Assembly (NCBI GenBank): GCA_036172245.1
Contig: JAYWIR010000012.1
Span: 3,224,001 to 3,288,000, forward strand
Length of the DNA: 64,000 bases
Source of the DNA: Raillietiella orientalis
Lineage: Eukaryota
Direction of reading: 5' to 3'
The position numbers and the translations under genes were made by a program. Under the pieces are notes generated by a model. The model worked only from the letters and a program-made list of their open reading frames with translations. It had not been told where the DNA came from and did not search any database. Below are positions 13,300-26,713 of the stretch, piece by piece. Every line of letters starts with the position of its first letter. Position 1 is the stretch's first letter.

Positions 13300-15900
13300 C
13301 TGTACGTGACTTTTCAGATGAAACCCCTTCCTCTGTTCTTGAAGACACCGGAGATCGCTTCGGGTTTCAAAGGTTCTGAAAGCGCCACACGGTGGAAGAG
13401 GAGCGTTGTGGACCGAGGTCGCTGGCAAACTGAGAGCAATGGCAATGCCTTCCGCTGGTGAATCCTAGCAAGATGATGTCTTGCAGACCGGCTTCGAAGA
13501 GGCAAACGCAGCTCCAGGGTTGAGGGAAGTGGGATGAAAGCTGTTCTGAAATCTGACCAGGGAAAGTTCTTGCTGGAGTTGGGAGTGGGGGGTTTCTGAC
13601 AAGGTTTTGAAAGACACGGTGTTGCCAGCATTTAGGAACAGGACGAGGGGATATCTCTCCGGGGTCGTGTCAAGCACTCAAACGCGCTTCGCAAATCCAA
13701 TGCACCGCTTCCACTGCTGTCGGCAAAAGCAGACGGCGAGAGCATCAAATATTCCGTGTCTGTGAACGTTCATTGGTTAGTTGGAGTGCATCAAAGATGT
13801 ACGCAAGAACTGTAGACCAAAACCGCTTTGTGGTACGGCAAGCAGGTTGTAAGGAGGGGCGCATCCTTGTAAATCCCGCAAGGAAACATCAAGCCCTGCT
13901 CTGCGTTGAAAACGACGAAAACACTGCCAAGCCGAGGCGAAAGAGGAATCCTAGATAGTGTCCGAGGGACTATCTCAATTAAGGTGGAGTTCCTCTTTTT
14001 TTTTCTTTTTGTGTGCGTAGAGGATGGAGTGAAGATGTCGGAGCACGTCAGGACAAAATGACTGGGTGCAGTAAAACGGAAGGAGAGATGCCGAAAGTTG
14101 CCTTCCCTCATGTCTTAAGTGCCCGTTTCTATCACAAACTTTTTTGTCTTATTTTTAATCTCAAAGAAGCTGGGCAGTCTTGGGTTTAGCAGCATTCTCG
14201 GCACGTATGCACAGTTCGTCTCCAATCTCGCTAATGGAAACCCCTCGCAACGCGACGGGTCATTTAAACTATGTTAACGGATTGCTGCAAACATTCCCAA
14301 TTGGTAGCTGACAGGAAAAGTCCTGCATGTCCTGCAGTCTGGAAAGTCGAGCCAGAGGACATGCTGAAACGCAGAAAATCTCGGCTGCTGCGCAGGCTTC
14401 GGGTATCCGAGCCTTCCCGAGTCGTTCTATTGTGGTCCCGTCAGGAAGCGAAAACTATCTCACGGGAATCTGGGAAGGGGGACGAGGTTCCTCATCCCTT
14501 ACTCGAGCAGTTTTCCCCTGCCTGGAATTGCCGAACGGACGCGTCCCGAAACCCTCTCTCGGCATCCGCTTTCGCGCACCGGAGAATCGGAAAGCTTCCA
14601 CTACCCCCGCCGCCACCTCCTCCTTCCCTTCTTCGAGGAACCGGGCTCCGATTTCCTGGAGGACCTTCTCTTCGGATGTTTCCATCTTTGCCGAGCGCTC
14701 GTTGATAGCACTTCAAGTCCGGGTAGCCATTCCAAACGAGAGGAGGAAGCACAGCAGGCCCTACGACAACGAAGATCAACGGCAACTTCTCTTCCCTACG
14801 TGTCGACGAACAACGAATTCGACAGCAGCAGTTTTTAAAAGGCAGCGAGGAGCTGCAGTCCATCGTGAGCTTCCTCTTCAGCGAAGAGGAGGGAACGTTG
14901 CAGAGCGTGAAGGTGGACGAGATGAGAATCTCTGTGGCGCTTTGTCATCTCGGAGGCAGCGCTCTTGAGAGCACATGCCGTTGCTCTCTCGCTCTCAAGA
15001 AGTTCTCAAGTCACTTCGAGAAACTTCCCCGAACTGGCCTCTCTCTCCAGAACAGATCGAGATGGGAAGACGAGGTTCCCCAGAGCGAAGCCAAAGCGGT
15101 CCTCGAGCTCCGCAGAACACGGCACTGCTCGGGGATTGGGGGGGAAGGAAGGGGGAGTATCCGAACAAAATAAAACAAAGCAGAGCGAAACGAAGAGGAG
15201 TGGTGGACCGTCTTCCCGAAGAACCTTTCCTTTCCCCGGATCGGGGCGAACGACGTTGTCCATCTGAGGGCGTATCCGTGTCGTCCGTTTTGCCTCATTG
15301 AAGAAGAAGGAAAATGCGGTGATGGAAGAGCCAAGCTCTAGGCAGAAGAACCTGTCGTTCGTGCTCATTCTCTGGAGGGGCACTGCTAGTCTTTAATCGC
15401 GGCGTGCTTCGCCCTCGAACGGCCTTAACAGAAATATCCACCGTTCTGTCGATGCTCTCCTTGCGGTGCATCCTCCAAGCAGCGAACGTGGACGCGAAGC
15501 GTTTGGCATCCTAACGAACCCATTTACCGGGCTAGTGAAGCGAGGCAAGGCACGGGAACCCTCTCTAGGAGGAAGGGGGAACGCGGAGGTGGGTCTACAG
15601 GGGAGAGAAAGACACGAGATTCGGTAGATCAAGACGGGACCCGGCGTTTGTTCCCCCCCCCCCTTCCCTCCCCCTTCGAAGAGTAGCGGCGGTGTAGGAG
15701 GAGGCCGACACAGAGGAAAGAACATGGAATGACCTAGAGAAGGACGTGAAAATCTCTCTCAGACTCTTCGAGTAGTTGAGAGGTCCTGCAAGAAGCTTGG
15801 ACCTTCTCCAGAGCTTCATGGGAAGGAACAGAGATTCTTCCTGCATCCTCTTACGGTCAAGAAATGTGAGGAACAAGAACTCGCAAAGGCAATTCTTTAG
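13300..15900 (-). mobile_element. decayed L1/Tx1-type LINE
   Basis: LEDRFGF, LVWNGYPDLKCYQRALGK, AFRFSGARKR (FxFxWxG-like), HLARIH..LSVCQRPRSTTLLF (C-terminal finger-like). Confidence 0.4.
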
Positions 15901-15920
15901 CGCTTTCGAGGCTACGAAAG

Positions 15921-15964
15921 TGATGATGATGGAGCTGGCAACAATGCCAGCTTCATCATCATCA
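15921..15964. repeat. 20-bp inverted repeat with 4-nt loop
   Basis: TGATGATGATGGAGCTGGCA-ACAA-TGCCAGCTTCATCATCATCA, one G.T mismatch. Confidence 0.9.
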
Positions 15965-17259
15965 GAGGAACATTCATGTCACCCCAGGGAATTCCATGCT
16001 CAGAAAGAACTTGACTATCTCATAATTGCTTTTCCCCGAAACTCTGGGTCACACTTGCGGGATGCAAGTTTCCGGTCTCCTTATGGGCGTCGGATGGAAT
16101 AGAGAGTTCAAGTCGCGGGATAAATAAGAAGGATGCGCGTGCTTTCCTCTACATAACCTCTACATAACGAAGAGGGGAAGGAGAGACGCTCGTTTCCCAG
16201 CGATCTGTCATCCACGTATACACGTGGCTGTGCAAACAGTTGTACCACGGATGGGTTTGCGGCTGGACGTGGGTAAGGAAGCCGCGTGATGGAAAAGCGG
16301 CCAGTTCTGACGTCATGCATGCATACGAGCTCGCTTGTTGAAACCGTCCGCTCCGCGTCCCACGGTGGAAGGCGGAGAGCACGCGGTGCGGGCGTGCCTG
16401 CGAGCTACGAAGGAAGCTCCTTGAATCTGAGATTGGTATTCCTGGTGTTACCCTCTCGAGAGAAACATTTCCGCGCCTTTCCAAGGAATGGCGTACGGCC
16501 CCAGTCCCTCCCGGATGCGGGGGTCCCCTAAAGCTGTTCGCTCCTTTCTTCCTGCAAGGCGGACCAACCAAAGCAACCCAAGCTCGTGGCTGTAGTTCGC
16601 TTCCCACGTGGACTGTAGTGGCTAGGCCCTGCCTGGAATTCCAAAAGACCCGCAGAGGCGTTCCCCATATGTGCAGGGGACTGTTCCACGCAGCCCGAAG
16701 ATGGAAACACCTGGAGACAATGGACCGGGAAGAGCTGGAGGCGATCATTTGCAGGACATCAGGCACAATGAAATCAGTAAACCGTCCTTCCCCTATTCCT
16801 CACTTTCCTGCCACAATAGGGATCCCCTGCAATGGATCCTCTGCTAGATTATGAGGTCAATGCATGTTTGTATGCGTGTGTGTGTGTGTAAATAAACGAC
16901 CTAGCGCCGCCGGGTGTGAATTCTCAACGGGTGGCATTTCTGTGCCTTGGTCGAGTGCTTCACACACACCACGTGCTGTCTAGGTTCTGGGGACAGAGGT
17001 TTTTCCGGTTGCCCATGGTAACGCTTAGGGAAGGGGAGAGGGGGGGGGGGTAGCAGTACAATGCTTCCAGACGAAACGGGCACATCGGGTAGTGGGCGAC
17101 AGCGCAGAAGAGTGGAGCATGGCTTGGGAATTCCGGTCCGACCTTCAGCTGCTGCAATCCGACCTTCCGAATCGCAGGATTTCAGAAAACGGGAGGGAAA
17201 GGGGGGCACTTTTTTTGCTTTTGGGGGGAGAGGGGAGGGGTATTCCCCCCCTCCTTTTA

Positions 17260-17690
17260 GTTTTAATCCTTCGTGTAAATGTCGATCACTTGTGCAGCCA
17301 CTGTAAATGGCTCCAATTCTGGCCCAGCAATCTCCCGAAAGTTTCATCAGCACGAAAGTGCTGGAATGCCAATCAAATGTCGCACTCGACCAAGTTTTAT
17401 CTTGAATCTTGGAGTTTTATTGGGTTGAAATGGAACATCCACCACTCGATGACTGACTTCGAATGAATTGGTAGCAATAACATTCTTTTCGAGGACTCCT
17501 TGAAAAGAATTGAATTTGGGAAGTTCGGATAAAATAGTCCATAAAATGGACACACGGGAATACTGTTGACACCGTTTGGAGATATAAAGTGCACATTATT
17601 GATAAAAGAAAACAGACACTTGAATAGGACTTGGGTCCACTCCGGATCGTAAATTTTTTCATAAGTTTATCAAAATGTGATAAAACCCCG
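17260..17690 (+). mobile_element. decayed MULE-type transposase fragment
   Basis: GLKWNIHHSMTDFE matches the MULE 'MTDFE' motif; AT-rich island with stops. Confidence 0.5.
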
Positions 17691-18105
17691 CGAGATAAAC
17701 AGCGGAGCCGCTTCCGGTTGCGCATCAAAAGTGAAGTGGTTGGCCATGGCAAGCTGCGTGCAATCCCGCCGAGCAGCGCCTTCGCACGGAGGAGCTGGTG
17801 GGTGGACTCAGGCGCCATGGATCAGGGAAGGGGAGGGGGAGGTCGGCTTCCAGGCTGGAAAACTCGCGCCACCTCAAGAAGTACGGTCTTCCAGAAGTAC
17901 CCAGCAATTTCCAGAATCCCCTGCTTATCAGATCGACCCTGGACCGTTGGAGTTCGTTTATGATGCATCTTGCCTTTCGAGCCAGCGTCAGCTGCTGCGG
18001 CCGCGCCCTCACAAAGTTGTCTGGAACTGCCCTTCGGTATCAGAAGCAGCAACAGGATTAAAACAGCTCTAAAAGTCCCTAAGATCTATTGGAATTAATA
18101 GCGGT

Positions 18106-18121
18106 GCGCGCGCGCGCGCGC
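18106..18121. repeat. (GC)8 alternating tract
   Basis: GCGCGCGCGCGCGCGC. Confidence 0.9.
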
Positions 18122-20699
18122 TCGCGTTTTTTTTACATGCACGAAGAGCTGGAATGACGTTGATCAGGAGGACTACGTCCTTCTTCGGCGGGGTGCTGTC
18201 CAACGCGGGACGAACTTCCTGGATGACTGACAAAGTTTCCTCCGGGTTTGCTCCTCTCCTGCCGCCGCCGCTTCTGAAGTCCGAAAGCACACCAGCGATC
18301 CAGATGGGGAGGAGCGTGCAAACAGAGGAAGAATTCGGGAAATCCTCGAATCTGTTCTCTCCCCCCTCGATTGGTCAAAGTAATGAAAGCGAGCACACCG
18401 AGTTAATGAGTTCTTGAGCAACCCGTTTACGCACTGGATGGAAGTCATTGAAACTGCATTCTAAAGGAGCAGTCCTTGCTCGATCATTGTGTTCCCTTTT
18501 AAATAAATTCCTTATCACTATTCCTTCTAATGCGATATCGATTACCGATTTGGTTACACGACTCCCGGTACCCGTTTTCCTAGATGTGCCGACTCCGGGA
18601 GGTTCGCTCCCTCGGTCCCATGTTTGCACAAGACAAAAAAGGAAAAGAAAAATCGCGACTGTTTTCTTCTCTTACGGTTCTCTCTCCGGCTCATCCTCGC
18701 ACTGGAGGCGACCCATTCGCATCTTTGCGTGGCTCTCACTTCTGTGGGGGCCAGCGTGTCCCCCGTCTTCGTCCCGCGTGAGCGCGGTCCCAGAGGCGGG
18801 GAAGACCCGGTCCCGAAATGCGTGTTTGCAGTGTCCCGGTTGGCTTGCTTCCCGTGTCCGCGCTGGAGTCGTGGGGCAGCCCCGACCGCAGTCTTCGCGC
18901 CATGGCAGTTCTTTTCCGCGAGAGTCATCGCGTTGCACCAAGACCGCGGAAACGGAAATCGATGCTGTTGCGGGTCAGGGGAAGGGAGGCTACCCTCTTT
19001 CCGATGTTTCACTGCCTTTCTGTGGGCCTTTGAAAACCATTACTCTCCGAATTCTCGGTTTGGCGATCAGCGGTCACGACGCGAACTTTCGCGGGCTGGA
19101 ATAAAAAAAAAAAGCCGTCTTTTTCTCCTTCCGCTCAGCCGCTCTGATAAAGTGGACTCCGGAGTTTCACTAGCTGTAGTGGACAACTCGGTTTCTTCCG
19201 AGACCAAGACGCGACCACCGGCGGCGAAACGAAAAACGCTGACGAAGAAGGGAGTGGCCCTGCGTGCGTCCATTTGTTTCTGACAGCAGCACGCACGGGT
19301 GGAGGCACCTGCTGCTGCTGCTGCTGGGGAGCATCAGAAGGAAACGACTGTACAGTGGGCTTCCTCCTCCTCCCCCTCCTATTGTAGGTCAGGTCGGGCG
19401 AGGCTGGAACGTTTCTGCTAATCAGAAAGATTTCAGGGAAGCATGGGGTGTTCAGAGTTGGGCTTCTTCTTGGGGGGACGGAGTAGGGACGGCACCCTTG
19501 ACTGGAACGGGGAGTGAGGCTCCGAACCTCCAGTTTTCGTCGTCCTCAGCATCTCGAGTGAAATCGGAACGACGACGACGACGAGATGAAATGACGGTAA
19601 ACGACTTCAGACGGAAGAGAACCAGGAATTTTCTTTTCTTTTCTTTTCTTTCCTCCTCCTCTTCCTCTTCTTTTTCATTATTGCTCCAGGATACTTCAGG
19701 ATGGAATGGAAAAATGATGTACGAGAAATATGGGAGTGGAACAAACGGATTCCCCAATCGATAAATACGGCAACCCAATCCACTCCTGGAGCCAAGAAAC
19801 ATCAAAGAGGCAATAAAAGATATTCCCGAAACCCACAGCTCGATAAATATCGCAATTGTAATTACTCTTCTTATTTCGAAATAATGACAGAATTTATGAG
19901 CAGGATACGTCCCGCTCGGAAGAAGAGAAGGATAGTCAGAGCGGATGTGCGGTGTGCTTCGCATCCTCCCGCCTCGTACGAGCTCCCCACTCGCTCCACG
20001 AAACCGTTCCAAGAGGGACTCTGAGCATGTGATTCCGATGCAAACCCAGAAAACAAAATACAATTAGAAGATTGACGTTACGAGGGCAGTTTTAAAACAG
20101 GAAGAAGAGCAAGAAGAAAAAAAAGGGGGAAGGAAAAAAAAAAAGGAGCGCGAAGTCACCATGGCAACAGAGAACAAATGAATTTGGATAATGATTGCTC
20201 ATTAGACACGATAGTCTTGCCACCATTATTGTTATTAGAATTTTTGATTACTGGCATGCGTGGTCAATCCGTGCGATGGCGAAATTTGTGGGAAACAGAA
20301 TGGCCCCGGAGCGTGGAACCTCGGTGGGAAGAAGGGGAGAAGAAAAAAACACCCGAGGCAGAAATTTTCGCTTCTCGAGAGCTGACAGTTGCCACACGAC
20401 ACACACCACGCGCGCGCTCAGCCGCCCATCAAGGAATGAGGGCGGAGAAAAAAGAGAAGGCGTTGGCGCGCGCGCGGTTTCTTCCCGACGTTTCCTCGCG
20501 CCGGAAGAGTTGCAACTTGATGAGCGCTGCTGCCAGCAGCCGGAGCAACGTCGCGAGGACGGGGGAACGCTAGCGGGGGCAATCACGTGACCGTCCCCGA
20601 TCGCGCGGGCTGCAGCCATGCACGTCAGAGGATGACGAAACTGCGAAATGCGGAAGAAACTGCAGCCATGCGATCCTTGGCGGGCGTCTGGCAGCGTCA

Positions 20700-22550
20700 C
20701 ATCCCTCCGTCTGGCCGCTGCAGCTCGCGTTCGTCGCTCCCAAAAGCTCAGCAAGGGTCCAGAAGATCAGGACTACTACGCGGCTCTCCAGAACGGGAAA
20801 CGAAAGGCTCGCGACACCTTCCCTTTCCTCCAGCCAGGATCGCTGGGGAAGTCGCTAATGGGGGATACTGAGGAAACTGGACCTTCAGCCAGTGAGTGGA
20901 GACAACTCCCGAAGGGCAGCATCTCGAGATATCGGCGAGCGCAAGACGCGGGCGCAACCACGACGGAACGGGGTATCCGCCAAAGGTGGCGCCCTCAGTC
21001 CGATGCTGTTTGCTATCCTCGTGGAGGCCACATCAGTCGCCGATCAGCAAGGAGAAGGAGAACCTTCAAGGAATCGATGGCGGCAGAGGATACCGGCAGA
21101 CGCAGGAGACTCTTCCGTGCCTCTGGTCAGGTCCACGGAGAAAAAGTTGGTGGTGGCAGGTTGGGTCTCCACATCGTTTCCATGGTTCCGGGAGCTCCCT
21201 CATGTCCCTCTCCTGGAGGCTCCTCCAGAGCCACCTCACTGTCCGAGAGAGCAACGGGACCTTGGAAGAGCGGCATAGGACCTTCCGGTAATCTATCTGT
21301 GCAGGAGAGCAACCGGTATCGGTGCTGAGAGGAAAAAAAAAAAACAAAAGACCCTCGCAACCATGGTAGCTCATGATGTCTCACAAGGCTGCCCCCTCGG
21401 GATGTGCTTGCCGAATTATGGAGGCTGCTCTTCGCTTTTCTCCCTGGAAAGACGGGCACTTTCTCCCCTTCGTTCTGGGCTCGCCCTCAAGTGCAGTGGG
21501 TTGTGGGAAAGGATGCGTCCCAACGCCAAAAACAAGAAGCATAGCTCATCTGCAGTCATGAGCATCCTTTGGTACACCTCTAAGCAGGTTCCTCCCCGCA
21601 GCAAAAGATCTCCCCCCTTCCATCCCCAAAATCCTCCGATAGGATGAAATGTTTCGATACTTCTTCGCTCTCTCGAGAGCATAAGCGCTTGGGAAGGTGG
21701 TGGGAGAAGCTTTTCCCGGAGGTCCAGGAAGAAACTGATGCTTCAGAGCAGCGGAAGCGTTCCAAATCCTACGAAACTTGCTCTTGAAGATTTCGAGAGG
21801 GTCCTATGCAGATGGAAGGAGGAAGGTGCGAGATATCGTCTCGGTTTTCCTGTTTCCCCTAGCCACAGGGACCTCCACGAAGTCCTGAGGCACGAACAAG
21901 ATCCTGGAACAAATAGAAGAAGCCCTGTTTGTCCTGCAGCACGCGATCTCAAGAACTGGGATGAGATCTCTCCGAAAGTGGGGCAGGCCGAAAGTCTCCT
22001 TGCCTGCAGCGAACCACTGCGTCGTCCACAATCTTCGAACATGCAGCCGGATCTCTTCCGCTTTCGTTAGGCACTACTGACTACGTGAACCTGCCAGCGG
22101 ATCAGGGGGCAGTGACGTCGGCATCACGGAACAAACCATCAGTGGCCTTTGGGAAAGGTCGAGCAGGTCGTCGTGCATGCAGACAAAGCTGGAACCAAGG
22201 TGATGAAGGAGACCTTTGCTGGTCTGTCCACGTTCTTCCACAGAGGGTTCATGTTGCGCATCCGGGGCACTCCTGGCCTCTCAGACAGCCCCACCCGCCT
22301 CCACGAAGACATTGGCGACGCCAAGACCTGGCTTGGAAAGTCAAGAAGAGCTCAGAAGCTCAAGACCGGAACGCTTCGATCCTGCAGCTTCTCCACCGGC
22401 GGATGGCGAACTCTAGAGGTGATGCAGAGTCATCAACCCTGCGGCAGCTAATGAAGAGGTCGAGCCGCCGGTGGTGTGCTGGCGTGGCGAAAGTCCCGAA
22501 TCTGTTTTCCGAGAAGGGACTTTGCATCGTGCGGCAATCCTGGACCTGAT
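20700..22550 (+). mobile_element. decayed L1/Tx1-type LINE (RT core to zf-RVT)
   Basis: In order, across frameshifts: KRKARDT (KAFD-like), RGIRQ/GGALSPMLFAILVEA (RGxRQGxPLSPLLF), AAEDT (YADD-like), FRASGQVHGEK, NLSVQE, RFSPWKDG, RRQDLAWK. Confidence 0.7.
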
Positions 22551-22599
22551 CGCAAAGTTCCTCTCAAGTTTGCTGCGGTTGCTCAACCCAGATCACTGC

Positions 22600-24050
22600 A
22601 GTATGTGTGCAGCTGAAGCGTGTGCCACTCTGTATATCCCCACGGACCGACCGCACTACCTGCAGACAGAGGCTATTAATGAGGCTTCCCAGGATGAGAC
22701 TTGCCCACCCAGACAATGGGAACCTTGCCTTAGCTCCCGGAACTCTACGAAATGGCATGGATGGCTCCCTGAGGGCTGTTGTCGTCTTCATGGTTCGGGA
22801 ATCTCTGTCGGACTCCGGTTAGCAGCACCTCTCGTGCTACTGTTGCTGCTGCGCGCTTACCAGTGCTGTACTGCCTTCGCGATCTTCCCAATCATCCGTC
22901 GGGGAGCGAACGAATCCTCAAGGTGGTCCATAGAAAATGACTTTTCCAGCTCCTCCGAGTGGGCTCGAGGAACGAGCGAGAAGGAAGCAAAGAAAGGCAG
23001 GATAAACAGCAATCATCAAGGGGAAGCACCAGTTTTGTCTTTCTTCCAAAAGAGATCAGCAGAAGCCATTCCGAATGGTTTCTCCTGTTTTGCAGAACTC
23101 TTCGAAATTGGGGATGACGCGAAACCCTTGCCAGGAACAGTTCTTTCCGGCTCCACGGGATGTGAGACAATCCTTGGCGGCGCGCCAAACGCGAGATCTG
23201 AGATGTGATAGAAATAAATGGAATTCACTACGTGGGGATGCGAGGAGTCTGCAGGAAAACCGAAAGCTGGAAACACTCGAAGTCAACAGACCTCTAAAGC
23301 TTGAAGGGGGAACCTCGCTCAGACGAGATGCAGGAGGAAAGCCATCCTGCGCCGCGAAAGGACCCCTGGAAGCGGAACACAGCGTCCTCAAGATTTCTGT
23401 GCGCGTTTGGTTTGCAAAGTGCTGAAGAACCGGTCTCCTCCTTAGGAGGGAAAGGGGGAAGTGGGGGTGAACGAAGATCTTTGACACCTTAGGATGAGGA
23501 GCTCACGAAGCTCTTTAGCGCTGTCTACGCCACTCGAGTATTCGTGTCAACTCTTCAAGTGAGGAGGGGCAACCCATCCTACGAATCCGGGAAGGCTCTG
23601 GAGGGTCTGTGAGCTTACAAGCAGGCTTCCTGGACTCAGTGATAGCATTCCTCCGCGGTCGTTCTCGGCCCGCCGTGATTTCCTTGAGCTCTGCGGACCC
23701 ATCCATCTGTGGCACAAGAGGCTTTCCGAGAGGGGGCTGATAAAAAGCTGCGAATGGCAGTCGTCGGAATGGAAGGGATGCCCTGTGCATCAGAGCAGTC
23801 ACAGCAGAAGGAAAACACACGCTGCCCTACAGCGTCTTCAGAGGTCGCTTCTGGGGGGCGCCCCAACGCGTTCTTCTACTTTGCATTTTCATCCACAGAT
23901 TGATCCTCGAAAGGGGAGCCATCCGATGCCCGAATGAGTTACGTGAATCTCGCAAACTATGGGTCTGGCAGCGCTTTAGCAAAGAGGACACTTCGTGGTC
24001 CCAGCAGCGGGGGATTTGACCTCTGAATTCGTTTCCCACCCGGTTTTGGC
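22600..24050 (-). mobile_element. decayed LINE (end of APE to start of RT)
   Basis: GFPADS..YFY region followed by EWLLLIS/KDK (WRPISL..DxK-like); heavily frameshifted. Confidence 0.35.
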
Positions 24051-24599
24051 CGGACATCTATTATTAAACAAAATGATAATGAAAGTTTAATGAAAATATT
24101 CAAGAGTGGTGGTAGAACACTCGTCTACACCACGTGCTCGTAACTTGCTGCGAGCGGTACGTGGACCAGTGAGGTTCGTTTCCACAGCAACGGGGAAGGA
24201 AAAACCGGGGAGGGGGGGAGAGGGGAGGATAATGGGAAGGAAACAAAGAAAAAGAGAAAGACGGGAGGAAAAGTTTCATTGGGACGGGGATCGGGAACGG
24301 GATCACACTTCGCTGGGAGACATCCTCTGCCTCCTGTTCAGGATGCCGGCAAGTTCCGTCCGAATAATGTGCAGGAGGGGCAAACTTCGAGGCGGTCTTT
24401 AGGAAGATCCGATGTCGTCCCTTCCATTTTGGCCTCTTATTCCCGCGTTCCAGTCCATCACCATCCCGCGAAGACCGCAGAGAACTGCGAGGGACGCACG
24501 CGGATGGCGGCAGTGCGGCACCACGCGCGAAGAGGCGTTTGCAAATGTCCCTGGGACGGCCCTCCGAGGTTCCTAGGATCGTCGCGAGCCCATCCCAAA

Positions 24600-26650
24600 C
24601 GGGTCGGAAAGTAACACAGTCCAACAGAAGGTGCGAGTCCAACAGAAGGTGCGAGAGGGTCTTCTTCTCCCCGAACACTTTGAGCGTCCACGCTCTCCCA
24701 TGCAACACCAGCAACGTAAACTCCCGCCACTCGAGGTGGAGGGCGTCGCTGTTTCATCATGCAGGCGATCACTTCGCCTCCTTCGGAGGCATCGCAAACA
24801 GATCGCCCCAGCGTAGTGGTCCTTCGTGATACTTGTGGGCAGCTCCACCTTCCCCTTGAAGTGTCAGGAGCCAATGCTGCTGGCGCTGCACTGGAGTCTC
24901 CCGGGCAACGTCCTCCGCCATCACTGGACCGGGAGGAGTGCGGATTCCTGAGAAACTCGGGGTCGCAGAGTTCCGTGAGCTGACGAGTTGTTGTCCACGC
25001 GCACAGAAGTTTCTTCCTGACTTGGATGCAGCAGGACACCTTCCACCTTGCCGGAAGATCGCTGGCCACCTCGGCATTCGTTCCTCGCAACCAGCTCATT
25101 CCAGGCCAGTTCGACAGCTGCCGGAGGAATCTCCGGTCGCACTGGCCTGGCCCTTCCCGGGGAGAGCGCAAGTCTGCCGGTGATCGCTGACGAGGCACCG
25201 GCGTACACTGCACGCGAGCGGCTGAGACGCGCGCTAGCGGTTCCCGGAGATCCATCGGATTCCTGGCAGCCCACCGCAAGACTTGTTGGCCGAGAAGGGC
25301 AGCTGAACGCTTCGCGGACGTGTGGAGTCACGATTCGGGAGGCTTTGCTTGCCGAGCCCTGCGCTTACTGGGGGAGGCGGCCCTGCGCGTGCTGGCACTT
25401 TCAAGACCTCTGTGATGCCGGACCTACATGGCCGCTTGGCGAGCGGCACTGTCGCCAATAGGCGGGGAGGAAGTGGTCTGAACCGTTCCGACAAACCTGC
25501 CTGGCTTGGTCAGGAGTCTCCTGGGCCGTGTCCTGCAACTCGAAAAATCGAGGTTTGGTGCGCAGAGGTACCGTCTTTCACGGAAGCAGCACCCTGCACC
25601 AGCGTCCGCGTCCCCTGCTCCACTGGGGGCGACTGCCGCCGGAAACTTTCGGACAACGGAAGGACTCCCGACTCGTGAAGGATCCCGAAAATTTCCGGAT
25701 CCTTAATCTTCCTGAGCGAAAAGTTGATCGAACGTAGCCAGAAGATTCCATCAAAGATGCCCGCCCAGTGCTAGGGATCGGCGGCTTGAGATAATGACTT
25801 CGATTTATCATCCGCGGGTTACGACTGGGGGGCATCAAGTTCGGGAGATGCAAAGAGCACCGAACTCGAATTCATGGCGATCGAATGGGCAGCTCTCGGG
25901 AGCCTCAGCTCTCCACTCTCTTTTCTGGCTCGCCAAGTGCTGAAGAACCTTTCGCATCCTTAAGAGGGGGGAGGCAGGTCTTTGGCGCCATCCGAGGGTG
26001 CGTGTGACTCTTCAAGATAGAGTAGATGACCCTGGAGAAGACCACCTTGTGAATCTAGGAAGGCTCCGGAGGGAGGAGTCCATTCCTCCCTCCGTCAGAG
26101 GGAAGACCGAAGAAAACCACCTTTTCCTCATTCTCTCCGGATGGGTCTGTTCCTCGTTTCTTGCCCAAAGGGAAAATCCGAAAAGGATCTGCTCCTGGAA
26201 TTCTCTCTCCGGAGGGGATCTGCAAGGGAACCACTCCCTGTTTCCACCTCTGAAGAGAACCCCGGAGGGACTCTCCCCATTTTCTCTGGAGGGTTTCGCT
26301 CCCCGAAGAGAACAGCATACTTCTTCTCAACACTCTGGAGAGGCAAACCCCAGGGGGGTATCAACCAGCTCCGTGGTACGCGATGGAGGGTCCCACCCCC
26401 CGAAGGGGAGGACGGCTCTATTTGCACAACCAGAGGGGAACCCCGAAGGAAATCGGCTCCCCAATTCCTGGAAGGACCCCGCAGAGTCAACTTTCAATTC
26501 TAGAAACTCAACCGGGGCATCCGGGGTACCGCACCTCAAGCTTTCAGGCCAGCCAGCGTCGTCGTTCCGGGGGACTCAGAACCCACGACGCACCCATTTC
26601 TCGGAGTCGATCCTTCCTGCGACTCCCGGAGCCGCGCGCGAAGACCACTG
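24600..26650 (-). mobile_element. decayed L1/Tx1-type LINE RT region
   Basis: In order: GTPDAPVEFL (PGxDGxPxEF), PWGLPLQSVEKKYAVLFGER..PPGF (WRPISLxxxDxK..GF), KVVFSRV (KAFDRV), PADDK (YADD-like). Confidence 0.55.
24618..24655. repeat. 18-bp tandem duplication
   Basis: AGTCCAACAGAAGGTGCG twice. Confidence 0.95.
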
Positions 26651-26713
26651 TCCTGCGGCTGCCAACACGGGCTTCGATAGCCTCGGCGAAAAAGCTTCGT
26701 TTGCTTCCGGTAG

